From positions 19,260 through 83,259 of the forward strand of contig JBILRW010000001.1 of NCBI GenBank assembly GCA_044372405.1: 64,000 nucleotides of DNA, given 5' to 3'. Positions within the stretch are counted from its first letter, which is position 1. Each line of letters begins with the position of its first letter. The stretch comes from Alphaproteobacteria bacterium. GTDB lineage: Bacteria; Pseudomonadota; Alphaproteobacteria; JAJTHO01; CANGYM01. A model generated the notes under the pieces. It made no database searches. It had not been told where the DNA came from and worked only from the letters and a program-made list of their open reading frames with translations. Below are positions 59,864 through 64,000 of the stretch, piece after piece. Both the position numbers and the translations under genes were made by a program.

Positions 59864-60167
59864 ACATTAACGGAGACCGTGGTTAATAATGTGCTTGTGG
59901 GTATTTTTTAATGAAAAATTTACCAAAAACTGTTGTTTTTAGCCTTCATTTGCTGTATGGTATTTCTTGTGTTGTCCTCATGAGGCTTCCCCAGAATTCC
60001 GGGAATCTCAAAAAAAATTTGCTTTTTTTTGTTTTTTTATTAAAAATAAAAAAACATCACAGTAAAAAGCAAAAAATTTTTAGCTTTTTATTAACGTTAA
60101 AAACCCCCCAGGGGCTTTGCGTTAACGTAAGCTCAACGTTCCAATGCCGAAATAAAATAGGGTTTTT

Positions 60168-61568
60168 ATGCGTTATGTAAGCACGCGTGGCCTTGCGCCA
60201 ACATTATCGTTTTCTGAGGTTGTTTTTGCCGGCCTTGCCGAGGATGGCGGTCTTTATGTCCCCGAATCATACCCTGTTTTTTCCGGTGATGCCTGGCGAC
60301 GCCTTCAGGGAAGGCCCTATCGTGAGGTGGCCTTTCATATCATGAGGCCTTACATGTACGAGGCTTTTGGGGATGAGGAATTGCGGGGCATGATTGATCG
60401 GGCCTATGCCGGGTTTTCTCAGCCTGACAATATTGCGCCTTTGGTTCAGGTGGGGCCGCAGGATTGGATTCTCGAGTTATTTCACGGTCCAACGCTGGCG
60501 TTTAAGGACTATGCCATGCAGATGCTGGCGCAAGTGTTTGAGGGGCTTTTGAAAAAACAAAAGCGTCCCTTGACCATCGTGGGGGCAACATCGGGGGACA
60601 CCGGTTCGGCCGCTTTGCAGGCCTGTCGCTCAATTGAGGGGGCTAATGTTTTTATTTTGCATCCTCACGGACGTATATCCGACGTTCAGCGCAAACAAAT
60701 GACAACGGTGATTGCCCCGCATATTCATAACATTGCTTTGCAGGGAACCTTCGATGATTGCCAGACGTTTGTAAAGCAATTGTTTCAGGATCCACAGGCT
60801 CGAAATACCTGGGGGTTGACTGCGGTTAACTCTATCAATTGGGCACGTATTTTGCCCCAAGTTGTCTATTATGCCTATGCAGCCTTGGCATTGGGGGCGC
60901 CGGATCGAAATGTTTCCTTTTCTGTTCCTACAGGGAATTTTGGGAATATGTTTGCGTGCTTTGTGGCGCAAAAAATGGGCCTCCCTTTGGGAAAATGCGT
61001 TGTGGCCAGCAACAGAAACAATATCTTGACCCGATTTTTTCATACGGGGGTCATGGAAGCGCGGGAAGTAGAGCCCTCCGTCAGCCCAAGTATGGATATT
61101 CAAATTTCCAGTAATTTTGAGAGGATGCTGTTTGAACTTCAATTCAGAGACGCAACGATCGTGAAAAAACAAATGGATGATTTCAAAAAAACAGGAAGAT
61201 TTTCGGTTGATTCGGCTGTTCTGACCGATTTTCATACTAAGTTTGACGCTTTCGATATAAGTGACTCTGAAACCACCAATATGATTTCGGTTATGGAACA
61301 AAAAAGGGGATATGTGTGCGATCCGCATACATCCGTAGGTTGCGCTTCTGGACATCAGTGGCGTCTTGGGGGGGGCGAAGGACCTATGGTTGCATTGGCA
61401 TGTGCTCACCCGTCAAAGTTTATGGATGTTGTGGAGCAGGCGACTGGGTATTCCCCAATGATACCCAATCGTCTTAAGGCAACACTTTTGGCACCAGAAA
61501 AGGTTAATGTTTTGCCCAATAATTTTAGCGTTATTCGTGACTTTATTGTTTCAAAAAGCAGCAAATGA
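60168..61568 (+). CDS. thrC: Threonine synthase
   Basis: MRYVSTRG..., the PLP lysine motif FKDY, and GATSGDTGSA. Confidence 0.9.
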   Translation: MRYVSTRGLAPTLSFSEVVFAGLAEDGGLYVPESYPVFSGDAWRRLQGRPYREVAFHIMRPYMYEAFGDEELRGMIDRAYAGFSQPDNIAPLVQVGPQDWILELFHGPTLAFKDYAMQMLAQVFEGLLKKQKRPLTIVGATSGDTGSAALQACRSIEGANVFILHPHGRISDVQRKQMTTVIAPHIHNIALQGTFDDCQTFVKQLFQDPQARNTWGLTAVNSINWARILPQVVYYAYAALALGAPDRNVSFSVPTGNFGNMFACFVAQKMGLPLGKCVVASNRNNILTRFFHTGVMEAREVEPSVSPSMDIQISSNFERMLFELQFRDATIVKKQMDDFKKTGRFSVDSAVLTDFHTKFDAFDISDSETTNMISVMEQKRGYVCDPHTSVGCASGHQWRLGGGEGPMVALACAHPSKFMDVVEQATGYSPMIPNRLKATLLAPEKVNVLPNNFSVIRDFIVSKSSK

Positions 61569-61683
61569 AGAGGAGCAATTTTATTGTTAGCCTCTTGTTC
61601 GCAATGAAAAAGTAATAGTCTTTGTCGTATAGTGTAAGGGTGTGTTCGGACGATAAAAACTGGTTTTTTTTTAAAGCTGCTGT

Positions 61684-62049
61684 ATGAAAAAAATGATCCT
61701 TATTATCGAAGATAATCGCTTGAACTATAAGCTTTTGGCGGATTTTCTGGGGGCTCAAGGTTATGCGACCCAAAACCTTGACAACGGTCGGGATGTGATA
61801 TCCTTTGTTCAAAAAAATAATACATCACTGATTTTGCTTGATATTCAGTTGCCCGATATTTCTGGGTTTGATGTTATGGATCTTTTGAAAAACGATCCCG
61901 TGGCCAGGTGTATTCCTGTTATTGCGGTAACGGCTTGCGCCCATGCCGAGGAACAGCATCTTGCGAAAATAAAAGGTTTTCAAGCCTATGTCACAAAGCC
62001 TGTTCAGATGAATGAAATGTTGACCCTTATTCAAGGGTATATACCATAA
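61684..62049 (+). CDS. divK: Single-domain response regulator (DivK-like)
   Basis: A receiver domain only, sitting immediately upstream of a PleD-like gene. Confidence 0.75.
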   Translation: MKKMILIIEDNRLNYKLLADFLGAQGYATQNLDNGRDVISFVQKNNTSLILLDIQLPDISGFDVMDLLKNDPVARCIPVIAVTACAHAEEQHLAKIKGFQAYVTKPVQMNEMLTLIQGYIP

Positions 62050-62076
62050 TTTTTCGTAACGGCGGGGAACCAAAAA

Positions 62077-63486
62077 ATGACGGGTCGTATTTTAATCGTA
62101 GATGATCGTCCTGCAAACCTGGGGGTTCTTGAAGCCAAGCTGGTTTCTGAATATTTTGATGTTATGACGGCCACATCAGGACAAGAGGCCCTGGATTTGG
62201 TGAATCGTCAGCTGCCGGATATTGTCCTTTTGGATGTCATGATGCCAGACATGGATGGGTATCAAGTTTGTGAGATTTTGAAAAAAAATCCTAAAACGGC
62301 TTATATCCCTGTGGTTATGGTGACGGCCCTCAATGATGTTAAAGACAGGATTCGTGGCCTGGAAGCCGGGGCCGATGAGTTTTTAACCAAGCCCATCCAT
62401 GACATGCAAATGCTCTCTCGGGTGCGTTCTTTAATTCGATTAAAAGTGTTAGTGGACAGCCTCAGACTTCAACGGACAGCCTCATCGGGCTTGGGCATTC
62501 CTGAAGATCAGCTTGTGGTCTTTCCCACAGATGAGCAAATTCATGGTGTGCGTATTGCCTGTCTGATTGACGATCCGTTGGTAAGGGAAAAGGCAGAGCT
62601 TTTTTTAAAGCAAGACAAACATTCCCTTTCTTTTTTCTCTAATCCTGAGTCGTTTTTGGAAAATCTGAGCAGTAAAAAATATGATTTGGCCCTGGTTTCT
62701 TTGATGTTTCAAGGGGAAGAAACGCTGCGATTATGTTCGCAGGTGCGTAGCAGCGTTGAAACACGTCATTTGCCGATTATTATGATTTCTGAAGACTTTC
62801 AAGAGCGCTTGCTTGCCAAAGCCCTCGATATCGGGGTTAATGATTATATTGTAGAGCCCCTTGATTCCAATGAACTGCGTTTGCGTGTTCGGACTCAGGT
62901 GAAGCGACTCCTTTATCAAAAATTGCTCAGGCTTTCTCACGAAAAATCCATCAATCTTTCTTTGACGGATGAATTAACAAAACTTTACAATCGGCGTTAT
63001 TTTAATGCCCATCTTGACGCCTTGCTTCAGGCAGATAAGTCTCAGATACGCGCTGCCTGTCTTATGATTTTGGATATTGATCATTTTAAATCGATTAATG
63101 ACACCTTTGGTCATGATCAGGGGGATCGCGTTTTGGTTGAGGTGGCCCGTCTGTTACAGGCCAGCACCCGGGATAGCGATTTGGTGGCCAGGCTCGGCGG
63201 CGAAGAGTTTGTGGTGGTGATGGACAATGCCACCTTGGGTACAGGGCTTCGGGTGGCGGAACGCTTACGTCGATCCATTGAAAGTAAATCTTTTCCCCTG
63301 ATCCGAGGTGGCCAGATAAACATCAGTATCAGTATTGGCATTACGGTTTCGGATGCCACAAAAGCTCCTTTAAATCGGGATCAGATGCTTAAAGCGGCGG
63401 ATCTTGCCCTGTATCAGGCTAAGCATGCAGGACGTAATCGTACGGTTGTGGGTTATGTAGATGACCAGGAGGCTTTGGTTTTATAG
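62077..63486 (+). CDS. pleD: Response regulator with two receiver domains plus GGDEF (PleD-like diguanylate cyclase)
   Basis: REC-REC-GGDEF architecture (RLGGEEFVVVM). Confidence 0.8.
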   Translation: MTGRILIVDDRPANLGVLEAKLVSEYFDVMTATSGQEALDLVNRQLPDIVLLDVMMPDMDGYQVCEILKKNPKTAYIPVVMVTALNDVKDRIRGLEAGADEFLTKPIHDMQMLSRVRSLIRLKVLVDSLRLQRTASSGLGIPEDQLVVFPTDEQIHGVRIACLIDDPLVREKAELFLKQDKHSLSFFSNPESFLENLSSKKYDLALVSLMFQGEETLRLCSQVRSSVETRHLPIIMISEDFQERLLAKALDIGVNDYIVEPLDSNELRLRVRTQVKRLLYQKLLRLSHEKSINLSLTDELTKLYNRRYFNAHLDALLQADKSQIRAACLMILDIDHFKSINDTFGHDQGDRVLVEVARLLQASTRDSDLVARLGGEEFVVVMDNATLGTGLRVAERLRRSIESKSFPLIRGGQINISISIGITVSDATKAPLNRDQMLKAADLALYQAKHAGRNRTVVGYVDDQEALVL

Positions 63487-63607
63487 GGGCAATAATCTGG
63501 GGGTGCTTAAATTTGACCCGAAAAAGTCGCTCTCTCCCCTTGTCAAGGGCGGGGGAATCGTCTAGAGATATGGGTCATTATGGTTTTTTTTGAGGTTAAT
63601 GATTTCT

Positions 63608-64000
63608 ATGACAACCCAACAGACTCTTTCTATTATTAAACCTGACGCTGTGCGTCGCAATGTGACGGGTGAAATTAATGCCCGCATTGAAAAATCGGGT
63701 TTAAGAATTGTCGCGCAAAAACGCACGATTTTAAGTCATGCTCAGGTGGAGGCGTTTTATGCGGCTCATAAAGACCGCGCGTTTTTCACCGATCTGTGTG
63801 CCTTTATGATTTCCGGTCCTGTTGTTATTCAAGTTTTGGAAGGCCCAGACGCCGTAAAACGGTACCGCACCTTAATGGGGGCAACCAACCCCAGTCAAGC
63901 CGATGCGGGAACCCTAAGACGGGATTTTGCCGAGTCTATAGAGGCCAACGCCGTTCACGGAAGTGATTCAGAGGAAGCAGCGGAAGAAGAAATTGCCTTT
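63608..64000 (+). CDS. ndk: Nucleoside diphosphate kinase (3' end lies outside the window)
   Basis: [15 protein letters not shown]...NAVHGSDS.... Confidence 0.85.
   Translation, partial: MTTQQTLSIIKPDAVRRNVTGEINARIEKSGLRIVAQKRTILSHAQVEAFYAAHKDRAFFTDLCAFMISGPVVIQVLEGPDAVKRYRTLMGATNPSQADAGTLRRDFAESIEANAVHGSDSEEAAEEEIAF

Noticed and set aside
60091-60110. CtrA box near thrC
   Set aside because: A TTAA-N7 spacing is found, but the second half-site is not TTAAC.

Overview
This window reads as an alphaproteobacterial chromosome segment of roughly 55-60% GC, judged from the gene content: divK-pleD, ispH-thrB-rnhA, coxBA-ctaB, ctaG, coxC-DUF983-SURF1, sucA/sucB, mlaA/mlaC and a flagellin 3' end. 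Most of it is densely packed housekeeping genes on both strands, plus three tRNAs: Ser-TGA, Leu-GAG and Ser-GGA. Between the core genes sit several short AT-rich islets that look horizontally acquired. One lies beside tRNA-Leu and holds a zeta-toxin-like P-loop kinase, an IS630 transposase remnant and a DUF4143 ATPase. A HigB/HigA pair is preceded by a triple direct repeat. Directly behind sucA there is a chain of translationally coupled genes: a membrane ORF with no internal Met, an orphan HI0074-family HEPN protein, a Phd/YefM antitoxin and a truncated RelE-like remnant, with a DUF4279 gene converging on it. An SNF2 helicase is paired with a SWIM zinc-finger protein. Other things stood out. 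dnaX is split across two reading frames at an A10 tract, which points to frameshift or transcriptional-slippage recoding, or else a homopolymer sequencing error. A roughly 88-bp palindromic MITE-like repeat occurs three times in intergenic DNA. There are two near-perfect CRP-type palindromes (TGTGA-N6-TCACA). The cytochrome-oxidase cluster is dispersed, with a MAPEG gene inserted and nuoI sitting alone. All calls are from reading the sequence and from remembered family signatures. No database searches were run.
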